A DNA stretch of 64,000 nucleotides, from the NCBI GenBank assembly GCA_040220235.1, contig JAVJTO010000096.1; one strand, given 5' to 3'. Both the position numbers and the translations under genes were made by a program. This DNA is from Coleofasciculus sp. B1-GNL1-01. GTDB taxonomy: Bacteria > Cyanobacteriota > Cyanobacteriia > Cyanobacteriales > Coleofasciculaceae. Under the pieces are notes generated by a model. That model was not told where the DNA came from and ran no database searches. It saw only the letters and a list, made by a program, of their open reading frames with translations. Shown here in pieces: positions 49,671 through 60,010 of the stretch; position 1 is the first letter of the stretch; the number at the start of each line of letters is the position of its first letter.

Positions 49671-50675
49671 TTAATGATGACGCCGTTGATGCCATTGCCA
49701 AGCATCGCTGATAATTTTACTGAGTTCCGGGTATTTGGCAGACCAACCCAAAATTTTCCTCGCCTTGTCGCTACTACCCACCAAAATTGGTGCATCACCA
49801 GGGCGGCGATCGCACTCAATGATTTTAATCTCTTTCTGGGTGACTTGCCTTGCTGTGTCAATCACCTGTCGCACCGAGAAACCATTGCCACTGCCTAAAT
49901 TCAAGATTTCACTCTTGCCGCCACCTAACAAATACTCTAGCCCGAGGATATGGGCATCTGCCAAGTCGCTGACATGAATATAATCGCGCAAGCAGGTTCC
50001 GTCTGGGGTGGAGTAGTCGGTTCCCCAAATGGCAATCGAGTTCCGTTTGCCTAATGCGGTCCACAGGACTAAGGGAATCAGATGGGTTTCTGGGTAATGG
50101 TCTTCACCCAGTAGTCCTTCGGGATTCGCCCCAGCCGCGTTGAAGAAGCGAAATACAATTGAACGTAAATTGTATGCGCGATCAAAGTCCGCTAGCATCC
50201 GCTCCATCATCCACTTACTCGTCGCATAAGGATTAATCGGATTTTGCGGATGGTCTTCGGTCATGGGTACTTGCTGAGGCATCCCGTAGACGGCACAGGT
50301 GGAGGGAAACACTAAGGTTTTCACATTAGCGGCGACCATGGCTTCTAAGAGGGTCAGAGTGCCACTCACGTTATTGCGGTAGTATTTAGCCGGATAGGTA
50401 ACCGACTCACCCACGGCAATATAGGCGGCAAAGTGGAGTACAGCCGCAATATTGTGGCTGGCGAAGAGTTGGTCTAACAGAGTGCGATCGCCCACGTCCC
50501 CGATCACCAATTTCGCTTTCAGGATCTCTTCGACAAACTCTCGATGTCCACAGACCAGGTTATCCAGTACAACGACGTTGTAACCTGCCCGTTGCAGGGC
50601 TAATACTGTGTGAGAGCCGATGTATCCAGCTCCGCCAGTCACTAGAATTTCCGGTTGGACTTGCGACACGCTCAA
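49671..50675 (-). CDS. galE: UDP-glucose 4-epimerase
   Basis: TGGAGYIGSH, HFAA...VGES, YATSK, THLIP and DGTCLRDYIHV motifs. Confidence 0.95.
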   Translation of the reverse strand: MSVSQVQPEILVTGGAGYIGSHTVLALQRAGYNVVVLDNLVCGHREFVEEILKAKLVIGDVGDRTLLDQLFASHNIAAVLHFAAYIAVGESVTYPAKYYRNNVSGTLTLLEAMVAANVKTLVFPSTCAVYGMPQQVPMTEDHPQNPINPYATSKWMMERMLADFDRAYNLRSIVFRFFNAAGANPEGLLGEDHYPETHLIPLVLWTALGKRNSIAIWGTDYSTPDGTCLRDYIHVSDLADAHILGLEYLLGGGKSEILNLGSGNGFSVRQVIDTARQVTQKEIKIIECDRRPGDAPILVGSSDKARKILGWSAKYPELSKIISDAWQWHQRRHH

Positions 50676-50999
50676 ACCGTCCCTGTTTCGTTTTATAGAC
50701 TAACTTTACAAATATTTTCGCTATTTGTCTTTGCTTGAATAGTAATTTGGCTCAAAACGGCTTCTCCCCCCTCTTCTCCATCGCCCCTATCCCCCCTCTC
50801 CCTCATTTCCCTCATGCTTGTGGACAATGACGAGTATAATGCCCGTGTTAGGGTTATTTGAACCATGCTCTCCCCAAGTGATACGTTACACAAAACTTGA
50901 TCCCAATCCCCCCTAACTTGTTAATTGTTATTTTGAGGAGTCAGACTAACAAGTAACAATTCCTCGCTCACTATCCAAACATTACACCGTCAAAACACA

Positions 51000-51977
51000 A
51001 TGTTTTTACTACTGACTCGAATCCTACTCTGGCTGCTGATTGCAGTTATTCTCTACAACCTGTTTAAGAAGGTAATCCCCAAGGAGTATTTTACCTTGCT
51101 TGGGGGTTTATTTCTGTTTGGCTTCATTGTTGTGGCGTTTTTCTCTCCCGGCAATGATGCAGTATCAACGATTTGGCAGGTTCTCTCGTTTTTCTTGAAA
51201 CCTGTCGGTGCTTGCATCGTGCTGTTGGGTTTTGCCCTCCGCCAAGGGCTGGATAAGTCAAAGAACCAGGTTATGGCAGCCTTACTAATCTTACTCCTCG
51301 CCAGCACGCCCTTTTTCTCTAACCTGTTGGCGGCTAGCACGGAACAAACAGTGGTTACGCCTGAGTCGGCGGCGGCTCAAACCGCCTCAGCGATTGTGGT
51401 TCTTGGACAAGGAACCACCCAGCCCGATGAACCGCCTCGAACCCAAGTTCAACTCACCGATACGGGCGATCGCATTCTTTATGCCGCTCAACTGTATCGA
51501 CAATCTGGCAATAACCCCTTAGTCGTGGTTAGTGCTGGTCCTCGACCTAACCTGGAAGGAAATCAAGACCAAATTGTCGAAGCCAATGATATCCGCTCCT
51601 TACTGGTTCAGTTTGGGGTTCCCCAAACTCGGATTGTGCTTGAACCCACGGGTACCAATCTCCGCACCAGCGCCGAAGAAGTTGAAGATATATTACGCGA
51701 TCGCGGCATAGCAGACAATCGCGTTTTTCTGGTTACTTCAGCCTATAACAGCCGTCGTGCTCAACAGGCGTTTAGAAGTGTAGGTCTTAACAATGTTGTT
51801 GCTAAACCGACCGGCTTCTTTACCATTCAACCGGGAACAACATCCACAATCACCCAATGGATTGAATCTTTTATCCCCTCTGTAGAAGCGCTGACTGTCA
51901 CGACGCGAATTGTGGAAGAGTTTTACGCCTCGATTTACTATTATTTGCGAGGTTGGCAAGCTCCCGCCGTTGTTTAA
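51000..51977 (+). CDS. YdcF/DUF218 family membrane protein
   Basis: N-terminal TM helices; AIVVLG, DRILYAAQLY and LVTSA...RR motifs. Confidence 0.85.
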   Translation: MFLLLTRILLWLLIAVILYNLFKKVIPKEYFTLLGGLFLFGFIVVAFFSPGNDAVSTIWQVLSFFLKPVGACIVLLGFALRQGLDKSKNQVMAALLILLLASTPFFSNLLAASTEQTVVTPESAAAQTASAIVVLGQGTTQPDEPPRTQVQLTDTGDRILYAAQLYRQSGNNPLVVVSAGPRPNLEGNQDQIVEANDIRSLLVQFGVPQTRIVLEPTGTNLRTSAEEVEDILRDRGIADNRVFLVTSAYNSRRAQQAFRSVGLNNVVAKPTGFFTIQPGTTSTITQWIESFIPSVEALTVTTRIVEEFYASIYYYLRGWQAPAVV

Positions 51978-52043
51978 CCATTTCGCGAATCTGAAAAATC
52001 TGCAAGGTGGGAACCTGTCACTTGGCTCAAGGGAACCTGGTTT

Positions 52044-52199
52044 GTAGGGGCGGGTTTTACCATTATTGTTACTTAGGGAGCTGCGTAAAAATAAAGTACC
52101 AGTGAGGAAAGCTGAATTCATGAACTCAGCCAAGCTTCCTTGGTACATTATTAAGTTGCAAGTCCCTTACCTTACCCAGATACAGCTAAACCCGCCCTA
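52044..52199. repeat. REP with a nested small MITE (about 52076-52166)
   Basis: GTAGGGGCGGGTTT...AAACCCGCCCTA arms are separated by GGGAGCTGC..ATAAAGTACCA...TGGTACATTAT..GCAAGTCCC, flanked by TTA on both sides. Confidence 0.65.
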
Positions 52200-52330
52200 T
52201 CTTTCCTATGATTCAAGACTTTAATCGGATAAGCTGAAAACAGCCTATAACTTCAGGTCGATGACAAGTTCAGTCAGTGAGCAAGAAACTAGAGATTCAC
52301 TGTTGAATCCCTAGCTATTTCTCATCGATT

Positions 52331-52819
52331 ATGGACAAGATAAAAGAACACAAAGACCTTTTAGAGGTTGCTGAACATTTTTTTGCCGATGGCAAATTAA
52401 TGCAGGCGATTAGTTATGCTACAGCTTCTCTTGATTTGACGATAAGCGTTGCCAAAGGAACTGTTTTAGAACTAAAACACGATGAGTCTTCCAGCCTTGA
52501 AGCATTTGACGGAGTTGTTGTTCAGGATGAATTTGGCAAACAAAAAGTTAATTTTCAAGTTTCTCAAGAATTACAAAAAATGCAGGAAATTTTGTTATGC
52601 TATGCCCTAAAAATAGATTATGAAAAGTATTTTAGATATAGAACCTGGGTAGGTTATGCAGTTATCACTGGAGAAAACACGCCTGATAAAAAAGTGAAAC
52701 TTTCCTTGGAACTTAATAATATAGAACAAGATCAGGCGAGAACAGCTTTAGATTACTGCCAGCAGCTTGTTCAACAAATTGAAAGCAAAATTGAGCAGTT
52801 TAAAACAAGTTTTAGTTAA
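52331..52819 (+). CDS. Hypothetical protein (HEPN-like helical pattern possible)
   Basis: 162-aa ORF, AT-rich, ending A..ALDYC..LV..IE. Confidence 0.6.
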   Translation: MDKIKEHKDLLEVAEHFFADGKLMQAISYATASLDLTISVAKGTVLELKHDESSSLEAFDGVVVQDEFGKQKVNFQVSQELQKMQEILLCYALKIDYEKYFRYRTWVGYAVITGENTPDKKVKLSLELNNIEQDQARTALDYCQQLVQQIESKIEQFKTSFS

Positions 52820-52964
52820 AACAAAAAAGGGGAGTAGTTAACCCGGATTTAGTCTTAATAAAAGGCTAGGACAGATTGAATGGCTCTGGCGATAACGTAC
52901 CAGTAATACCCCTTCTGTCTTCTGCCCTCTGGTCTCTGTCCTCTACCTTTTGCTATACCTTTAA

Positions 52965-53870
52965 CTAACTATGGGTACAAGCATAATCTAACACTGGTTC
53001 TTGAAATCGGTCAGCTTTGAAATAGTTTTCATCCACGGATATCGTATCCGTTACTTGACCATTTTGCACATCGCCAATTTTAATTCGCGATAGTAACTCA
53101 CGTTGGCAATTTCCCGAATATCTGACATATTTGCCACTGGCGTTCACATCGAAGTTAATCGCATTTCCATTACGACTAATGGTATTAATCCCGACTTCCC
53201 AAGGTTGGGGATTTACTCTACCTAATTCACCACCAGACTCGGCTGTAGTCCCAGGAACAGGTCTCCACACAACACCTTCAATAGAATTCAAGCAGGCATT
53301 TTTACCACTCATATCTTTAAAGCAGTCGCCGTTTTTGTTGAGAATAACCACTTGGTCAACACTATTAAACTGTTTGAGTGTGTTGGTTACAGCTTTTTGA
53401 ATTCCCGCATCTTCACCAAGTCCAGCCGTATAGACGGTGCGACAAAACTGAAGTTGGGCAATTCCATTGGAGATATCAACAGTAAAGTTTTCACCACAGG
53501 TAGATTCGCCTCGAAAGTCAAATAAATCAGCAAATCCTTGCTCTTTTTCGGCGGATGTCGGACCTTGGACGACTTGCTCAATCGCAAATTCAGCAACATC
53601 AACGCGGGATGTGGTGCGGGTTACAGGTTCAACGTACCCTATGGTTTGATTGTTGGCGGAAGGCTTGGGTAAAAAGACTTGAATTTGTCTGGGATCATCT
53701 GGATTTTGGCTAATTGTTTGGGGTTGAGGTTGTGAGGTGGCTTCAGAGTTCTCCGGAGTGGTTACAGAGGTGCTGTGCGCTTCCCAAGCCGATGCAGTCG
53801 TGAAAGATAGCGCCAAGACAGCACTCATCAACATTGATTGGTGTTTTAAATTTATTTTATTCCTACTCAT
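52965..53870 (-). CDS. Secreted GerMN-domain protein with an extra C-terminal domain
   Basis: Signal peptide; IQVFLP...VEPVTR...AIEQVVQGPTSAE...TLKQFNSVDQVVIL. Confidence 0.8.
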   Translation of the reverse strand: MSRNKINLKHQSMLMSAVLALSFTTASAWEAHSTSVTTPENSEATSQPQPQTISQNPDDPRQIQVFLPKPSANNQTIGYVEPVTRTTSRVDVAEFAIEQVVQGPTSAEKEQGFADLFDFRGESTCGENFTVDISNGIAQLQFCRTVYTAGLGEDAGIQKAVTNTLKQFNSVDQVVILNKNGDCFKDMSGKNACLNSIEGVVWRPVPGTTAESGGELGRVNPQPWEVGINTISRNGNAINFDVNASGKYVRYSGNCQRELLSRIKIGDVQNGQVTDTISVDENYFKADRFQEPVLDYACTHS

Positions 53871-54043
53871 AAAATATCTAACATCATAGTTTGCCTACTA
53901 TTTTTATGATCACTATTAATTCAATACGCTTCATCTTGCTAAAGTCATAGCTGGTGTAAGGCTTTTGGGTGAAGCATTCGCGATGAAAATTTGGCAGTCA
54001 ATCCGAAAACTATAGGGGCGAAGGCTTCGCCCCTACGTAAGGT

Positions 54044-56842
54044 TTAATTTTGGTCGCCTGCTGACTTTCTCAGATTGGGTGCAGATTTTGGGGTTTGGTT
54101 CAGTTGCTGTAAGATGCTCTCCAGTTCTTGCTGATATTGACCATATTTTTGCCAATTCCCTTGACGCATGGCTTCCTGTGCTTTTTGATAGGTTTCCAAG
54201 GCGGATTGGGCAAGTTTGGACACTCCTTCTTTGGGTGGAGCAGAGGGTGGAGCCGAAGTAGGTTCTTGTACCTCGGGTTGGGTTCCACCAAAGATAGTGG
54301 CTAATGCTTCCTCTAAGGTTTCTTCCATGACTACTTCTTTCGCATACGCCACAATCACCCGCTTCAATTCGGGCAGTTCCCCTTGTTCCGCCCGCAGATA
54401 AACAGGTTCGACGTAAAGTAAAGATTGGTCAATGGGAATCACTAATAAATCGCCACGAATCACCCGTGAACCTTCCTGACTCCATAAGGTTAATTGTTGG
54501 GAGATTTGCGGATTTTGGTCAATGCGAGCTTCAATTTGAGAAGGACCATAAACCAGTTCTTGTTTCGGGAATTCGTACAAAAGTAATTTGCCGTAGTTTT
54601 CCCCATCAGAACGCGCTGCCATCCACGCAATCATGTTATCTTTATTGACGGGCGTAAAGGGCAGAATTAGAATAAATTCTTCACTCGATGCTTCGGGTAA
54701 GCGCATGATCACATAATAAGGCTGCATGATCTGCTCATTCCCTTCATAGATTTCCGTGGGAAAGCGCCACAAATCCTCCCGATTGTAAAAGACTTGGGGA
54801 TTATTCATGTGGTAGGACAGATACATCTGCGCCTGAATAGTAAACAGATCCAAAGGATAGCGAAAATGCGCTTTTACATCAGTGGGAATCGCGTCGTTGG
54901 CTGTAAATAGGTTAGGGAATATTTTACGATAGGTTTGCAGTACAGGGTCATCTTCATCAACGACTAAAAACTGCATTGTGCCATTAAAGGCATCCACGAC
55001 AACTTTAACCGAGTTACGAATATAATTAATATCCCCTTGAGACATTTGGGCGATATCCCCATCTTGGGATATGGCGTTCGCATTATTACTCTGGGAAACA
55101 GGTTCAGAATAGGGATAGCGATCGCTTATCGTATAGGCATCAATAATCCACTGTAATCTGCCGTTAATTAGGGTAATGTAGGGGTCTTTATCAAACCGTA
55201 AAAAAGGTGCAACTTGGCTCACCCGTTCCTGAATCGGGCGATGGTAATGAATGCGGGAGGTGTTGGTAAAGTAATTCGAGATTAAAATCTTCAGATCACC
55301 TAAATCATAAGCATAAGCTAATCGTTGCCACAGTGAAGGAATCGGTACACCCCCATTTCCTTCGTAATTCGTGAAGGCATTTTCATCACCACGGGGATAG
55401 TCAAATTCTTGAGTTGTTGTCCCGGTAAAGATATAGGTATCGGTTTCTTCTCCGTAGTAAATGGCGGATTCATCTACTTGTAGATCGACTTGAGAAACTG
55501 GCGGGATATCTTTGATAAACAGTTCGGGTAAGCCATCCTCCGTCACTATATTAACCGGACTCATCACCAAACCATAGCCATGGGTATATTTTAGCCGTTC
55601 GTTGACCCAAGTCTGAGCGCGATCGGGGACTTGGGAATACACTAATTCCCGTGGTGAAAGCATCACCTGTCGGTAATTATCGTCAATGGTGTAGCGATCA
55701 ACATCGACATCCTTAAATCGATAGTAAAGGCGAATTTCTTGCAGTTGACGATAGGTACTTAATAAGGGTCGATAATCCCACAAGCGAATGTTACGAATCG
55801 TGGATTGATTTTCTTGCAAGGCTTGGCGACTTAACTGTTCTTCCGCTGGATAGTCTTGGGTGGGGACTTCATCTAAATCATAAGCCTTGCGCGTATAGGC
55901 GATATTATGTTCAATGTAGGGCTTTTCTTTTTCTAATTCATTGGGTTCGACAATAAATCGTTGTTGAAACCAGGGAAAAAGACCACTGAAGACGAGAAAA
56001 GCAATCAGATAAATCCCGATGCCATAGGTGGGTAAAGCAATATTATTTTGCCAAATGGCTAGGATAAACGATAAGCCTAGCAGAAGTGAGATAACGCTCA
56101 TAATCCAAAACGCTAGACGTTGAGCATGAGCATCGGTGTACCCTGCACCATAGACGACACCATCAGCATTGTAGAGTAATTCGTAGCGTTCTAACCAAAA
56201 GCCGATCGCAATCACTAAGGCAATTCCCGCTAACAGTAAACTGAGATGGGTTTTCACATCTTTGGTTAGGAAATGTTGCCAGTAGCGATCTAACCGTATT
56301 TTGCCTTTCAATACATAAACGGTAACAGCTAGAACAAACCCCCAGCCAAAGAGAGTCAATACCCAATTTTTTAACCCTTCATAGAATGGAAACTGAAATA
56401 GGTAAAATCCAATATCCTGTTGATAAATGGGGTCAGTCAGATTAAAATCGGTGGCATTCAAATACTTTAATATCGTCTCCCAAGCCGCAGCACTGCTGGT
56501 GGCGGCGGCTAAACTAATCAGGAAGATCCCCACTAAGACAGTGGAATTGGCGATACTATCGGTATAGGGAGCTAAATCACTACCGTCTAGGAAACGAAAG
56601 GCGCGATCGCGAGTTAGACGCTGCGCCATCCAGTAGTTAAACCACAAGAATAGTCCGTAAATAATAAACGTTCCCACCCAAGCAATAATTTTCCAGGTGA
56701 TCCGCGTCCAGAATACATCTGAAAAGTTAACGGAATTAAACCACCAGGCTTCAGTAAGAATGTGAACCAAGGTGTGAGAGAAAGGTAAGCCGAGGATGAC
56801 GACTAAGAGAAAGCCTATGATAATTTTATTGGCTGATTTCAT
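54044..56842 (-). CDS. UPF0182 family membrane protein
   Basis: NIRLWD, DVDVDRY, YTHGYG, HFRYP.DLF and VRGDLLVIP-like motifs. Confidence 0.95.
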   Translation of the reverse strand: MKSANKIIIGFLLVVILGLPFSHTLVHILTEAWWFNSVNFSDVFWTRITWKIIAWVGTFIIYGLFLWFNYWMAQRLTRDRAFRFLDGSDLAPYTDSIANSTVLVGIFLISLAAATSSAAAWETILKYLNATDFNLTDPIYQQDIGFYLFQFPFYEGLKNWVLTLFGWGFVLAVTVYVLKGKIRLDRYWQHFLTKDVKTHLSLLLAGIALVIAIGFWLERYELLYNADGVVYGAGYTDAHAQRLAFWIMSVISLLLGLSFILAIWQNNIALPTYGIGIYLIAFLVFSGLFPWFQQRFIVEPNELEKEKPYIEHNIAYTRKAYDLDEVPTQDYPAEEQLSRQALQENQSTIRNIRLWDYRPLLSTYRQLQEIRLYYRFKDVDVDRYTIDDNYRQVMLSPRELVYSQVPDRAQTWVNERLKYTHGYGLVMSPVNIVTEDGLPELFIKDIPPVSQVDLQVDESAIYYGEETDTYIFTGTTTQEFDYPRGDENAFTNYEGNGGVPIPSLWQRLAYAYDLGDLKILISNYFTNTSRIHYHRPIQERVSQVAPFLRFDKDPYITLINGRLQWIIDAYTISDRYPYSEPVSQSNNANAISQDGDIAQMSQGDINYIRNSVKVVVDAFNGTMQFLVVDEDDPVLQTYRKIFPNLFTANDAIPTDVKAHFRYPLDLFTIQAQMYLSYHMNNPQVFYNREDLWRFPTEIYEGNEQIMQPYYVIMRLPEASSEEFILILPFTPVNKDNMIAWMAARSDGENYGKLLLYEFPKQELVYGPSQIEARIDQNPQISQQLTLWSQEGSRVIRGDLLVIPIDQSLLYVEPVYLRAEQGELPELKRVIVAYAKEVVMEETLEEALATIFGGTQPEVQEPTSAPPSAPPKEGVSKLAQSALETYQKAQEAMRQGNWQKYGQYQQELESILQQLNQTPKSAPNLRKSAGDQN

Positions 56843-57341
56843 AATTTTTTAATTAACTCACCGGAATCCATAAGCCCTGATCCCACCCTAACACGAATGT
56901 TATGGACTAACTCTAAGTTCGTAGTTGCGCTTCAGCGCTAAAAATCCTAGCATCGCCCACGACAAACCCATACGTCAGTGCTATTCTTCTGCAACATGGG
57001 GTTTCCAACTCAAAGTCAAGGTATCAGAACTTCCCATTATAGTGAAGAGACATAATTTTTTCCTCTAACAAACGGTATAAAAAATTATTAGGGTGGTTCA
57101 GTTATCACATTTTTACACTGTGTCAGTTTTAGGAATGAAACCAAGTGACTAATCAAGTATCAATAAAAATTGTCAATTCTAGGGCAAATTGATATTTTTT
57201 ATCAATAAGTTAAAAGGTTTAAGTTTAATTAAAATCAGCTAATAGTCATTGACCTACCTGCCATAATAGAGAGAGGATGTTAGTAAGAGTTCATTACAGT
57301 GATTACTGGATCGAGCTTGTTCTCATCCCTTGATGTGACCA

Positions 57342-58586
57342 ATGCTCTTGCTATTAATACGTAAGGTATTCCTATCTCTACAGAGGAATGACCAACTTAG
57401 GGAGGAACTGATGCATATCAAATTGAATTATCTTAAGCAGGTATTAGACTATGAAAACAGGCAAAATATTGTAGGGATTCCAGATATTATTCGCCGCACG
57501 ATTTACCTGTTGGGTTTATCTGCCATTTTCATCAATCCAGTTGCAGCTAGCGAAGTTCAATTTCCTAGAACTAGCTTGACCACGGCGGAGAGTTTCATCG
57601 CCCAAACTACTGCTGAGGATTTTCTCCGACGAGGAGTACAAAAATTAGAAACAGGTGACTTCAGAGAAGCAATTGAGGACTTCAATCAAGCAATCGAGTT
57701 AAATCCTAACTTGGCTAAAGCCTACAATAATCGTGGAGTGTCATATTTTTCAATCGGGAACATTAATCGTGCGATCGCGGATTTTAACCGGACACTGGAG
57801 ATTAATCCTAATTATGCTATGGCATATAATAGCCGAGGATTTGCTCGTCTGCAACAGGGAAATCTTCAACAAGCCCTTTCTGACTTCAACCAAGCGATTG
57901 AACTTAAGCCTAATAATACTTTGTTTTATCAAAACAGGGCTAGTGTTCATTTAACACAGAGAAATATTCAAGGGGCGATTTCCGATTTGAACCGAGTAAT
58001 CCAGCTCGATCCTAATAATGTACAAGCTTATGCTGATCGAGGAGTTGCTCGTCTGCAACAGGGTGATATTCAACAAGCCCTTTCTGACTTCAACCAAGCA
58101 ATTGAGCTGGATTCTGACTTAGCGATGCCCTACAACAATCGGGGACTTATTTATCTACAACAAGGCGAACTTCAAGAGGCAATAGCTAATTTTAACCAAG
58201 CAATTGAGTTGAACGCCAACCTATTCTTAGCCTATAATAACCGAGGAAGTGCATTGTTAGAGCAGGGCAAACTCCAAGAAGCTATTGCGGATTTTAACCA
58301 AGCGATTAAGATTAATCCTAACTACGCTCAAGCCTACTCAAATCGTGGGTTTGTTCATCTGCAACAAGGAAATATTCAACAAGCTCTCACTGATCTTAAC
58401 CAAGCGATTGAAATTAATCCCAACTACACCTCAGCCTATTATAGTCGAGGTCTTACCCGTATTCAATTAGGTAAAAAAGAAGAAGCGATCGCGGATTTCC
58501 AAAAGGCAGCAGATTTATCTAGACAGCAGGGTGACATGACGCTTTACCAATTGTCCCTTGACCAAATCCAGATGCTTCAGCAGTAA
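57342..58586 (+). CDS. TPR-repeat protein (paralog 1)
   Basis: About 9 TPRs of the A..DFNQAI.LNPN.A.AY.NRG type. Start uncertain (57342 or 57411). Confidence 0.9.
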   Translation: MLLLLIRKVFLSLQRNDQLREELMHIKLNYLKQVLDYENRQNIVGIPDIIRRTIYLLGLSAIFINPVAASEVQFPRTSLTTAESFIAQTTAEDFLRRGVQKLETGDFREAIEDFNQAIELNPNLAKAYNNRGVSYFSIGNINRAIADFNRTLEINPNYAMAYNSRGFARLQQGNLQQALSDFNQAIELKPNNTLFYQNRASVHLTQRNIQGAISDLNRVIQLDPNNVQAYADRGVARLQQGDIQQALSDFNQAIELDSDLAMPYNNRGLIYLQQGELQEAIANFNQAIELNANLFLAYNNRGSALLEQGKLQEAIADFNQAIKINPNYAQAYSNRGFVHLQQGNIQQALTDLNQAIEINPNYTSAYYSRGLTRIQLGKKEEAIADFQKAADLSRQQGDMTLYQLSLDQIQMLQQ

Positions 58587-58642
58587 TTGCTGCTACATTA
58601 TTCGGCAATTTATATGAAATAAGTCGATATCAGGAGGAATCT

Positions 58643-59953
58643 ATGAGACTAATTCATGCTACAATTCCTTTATTGGGTTTAACTTCTGTCCTAATCATTC
58701 CAGTTACTACTCATGCAATCCAACCTGTTCAAATTGGGTCTACCACAGTTAACCGCTACATTGCCCAAAATACGGTTGATGATTTTCTTCAACAAGCAGT
58801 AGAAAAATTAGAAAGAGGAGACTTGCGCGGAGCAATTGATGATTTCACTGAGGCGATTGCAGTTGAGCCTAATTTGGCTCCCGTCTATGATTACCGAGGA
58901 TTTGCACGTTTAATATTAGGTAATCTTCAAGAGGCAATCGCTGATTTTAACACAGCAATAGAGCTTGATTCTAACTTTGCCAATGCCTATAATCATCGAG
59001 GACTTGCTTTTGATCAACTCGGAGAAGCTCAAAAATCAATTGCTGACTACACTCAGGCAATAGAACTTGATCCTAGTTTAGTTGGTGCTTATCACAATCG
59101 AGGGGTGGCTTTTGAAAAATTAGGAGAAATCCAAAAGGCAATCGCTGACTACACTCAAGCAATCGAGCTTCAGCCTAATTTCGTTAGGGCTTATAACAAT
59201 CGAGGAAGCACTTATCTAAATCAGGGAGATATTGAACAAGCCATATCAGACTTCAATCAGGCAATAAATATTAATGTCAATGATGCTGATGCTTACTATA
59301 ATAGAGGTATTGCTTATATTCAATATGGCAATATTGAGAAAGCCATGTCTGACTTTAATCAAGCAATACAGCTTAATCCAAATTATGGTTTAGCGTACAA
59401 TAATCGCGGACTTTTGTATCGAGAACAGGGACAGCTAGAGGAAGCTTTGGCTGACTTCAGTAAGGCAATTGAGATTGAACCTAACCTAGCAATCGCCTAC
59501 AGCAACCGAGGTACTATTTACCTGAAACTCATAGAAATACAGAATGCTATCCGCGACTTTACTCAAGCCATTAAACTGAACCCCAATTATGCTATGGCTT
59601 ACAACAACCGGGGATTTGCATATCTGCAACGGGGAGAAATGCAGAAAGCTTTTGCCGATTTGAACCAGGCAATTGAGATTAATCCCTATCTAGCTCTCGC
59701 CTACGCAAACCGGGGACATACTCACCGAAAAACAGGAGATATTGAGAGTGCCATTGCTGACTACACTCAGGTAATTGAGATTATTCCCAATAATGCTGCC
59801 GCTTACTACCAACGGGGAACTGCCCTTGTTCAATTAGGCAACGAAGAAGAAGCGATCGCGGATTTCCAGAAAGCCGCCGATTTGTTTAGACAACAGGGTC
59901 AAATGACATTTTACCAAAATGCCCTTGACCAAATCCAGGAACTTCAGCAGTAA
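58643..59953 (+). CDS. Secreted TPR-repeat protein (paralog 2)
   Basis: AGGAGG RBS; signal peptide; about 11 TPRs. Confidence 0.92.
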   Translation: MRLIHATIPLLGLTSVLIIPVTTHAIQPVQIGSTTVNRYIAQNTVDDFLQQAVEKLERGDLRGAIDDFTEAIAVEPNLAPVYDYRGFARLILGNLQEAIADFNTAIELDSNFANAYNHRGLAFDQLGEAQKSIADYTQAIELDPSLVGAYHNRGVAFEKLGEIQKAIADYTQAIELQPNFVRAYNNRGSTYLNQGDIEQAISDFNQAININVNDADAYYNRGIAYIQYGNIEKAMSDFNQAIQLNPNYGLAYNNRGLLYREQGQLEEALADFSKAIEIEPNLAIAYSNRGTIYLKLIEIQNAIRDFTQAIKLNPNYAMAYNNRGFAYLQRGEMQKAFADLNQAIEINPYLALAYANRGHTHRKTGDIESAIADYTQVIEIIPNNAAAYYQRGTALVQLGNEEEAIADFQKAADLFRQQGQMTFYQNALDQIQELQQ

Positions 59954-60010
59954 TCCACTCTACATCATACATAAATTCCCCATTTAATATGTCGAGTTCA
60001 GGAGACATCT

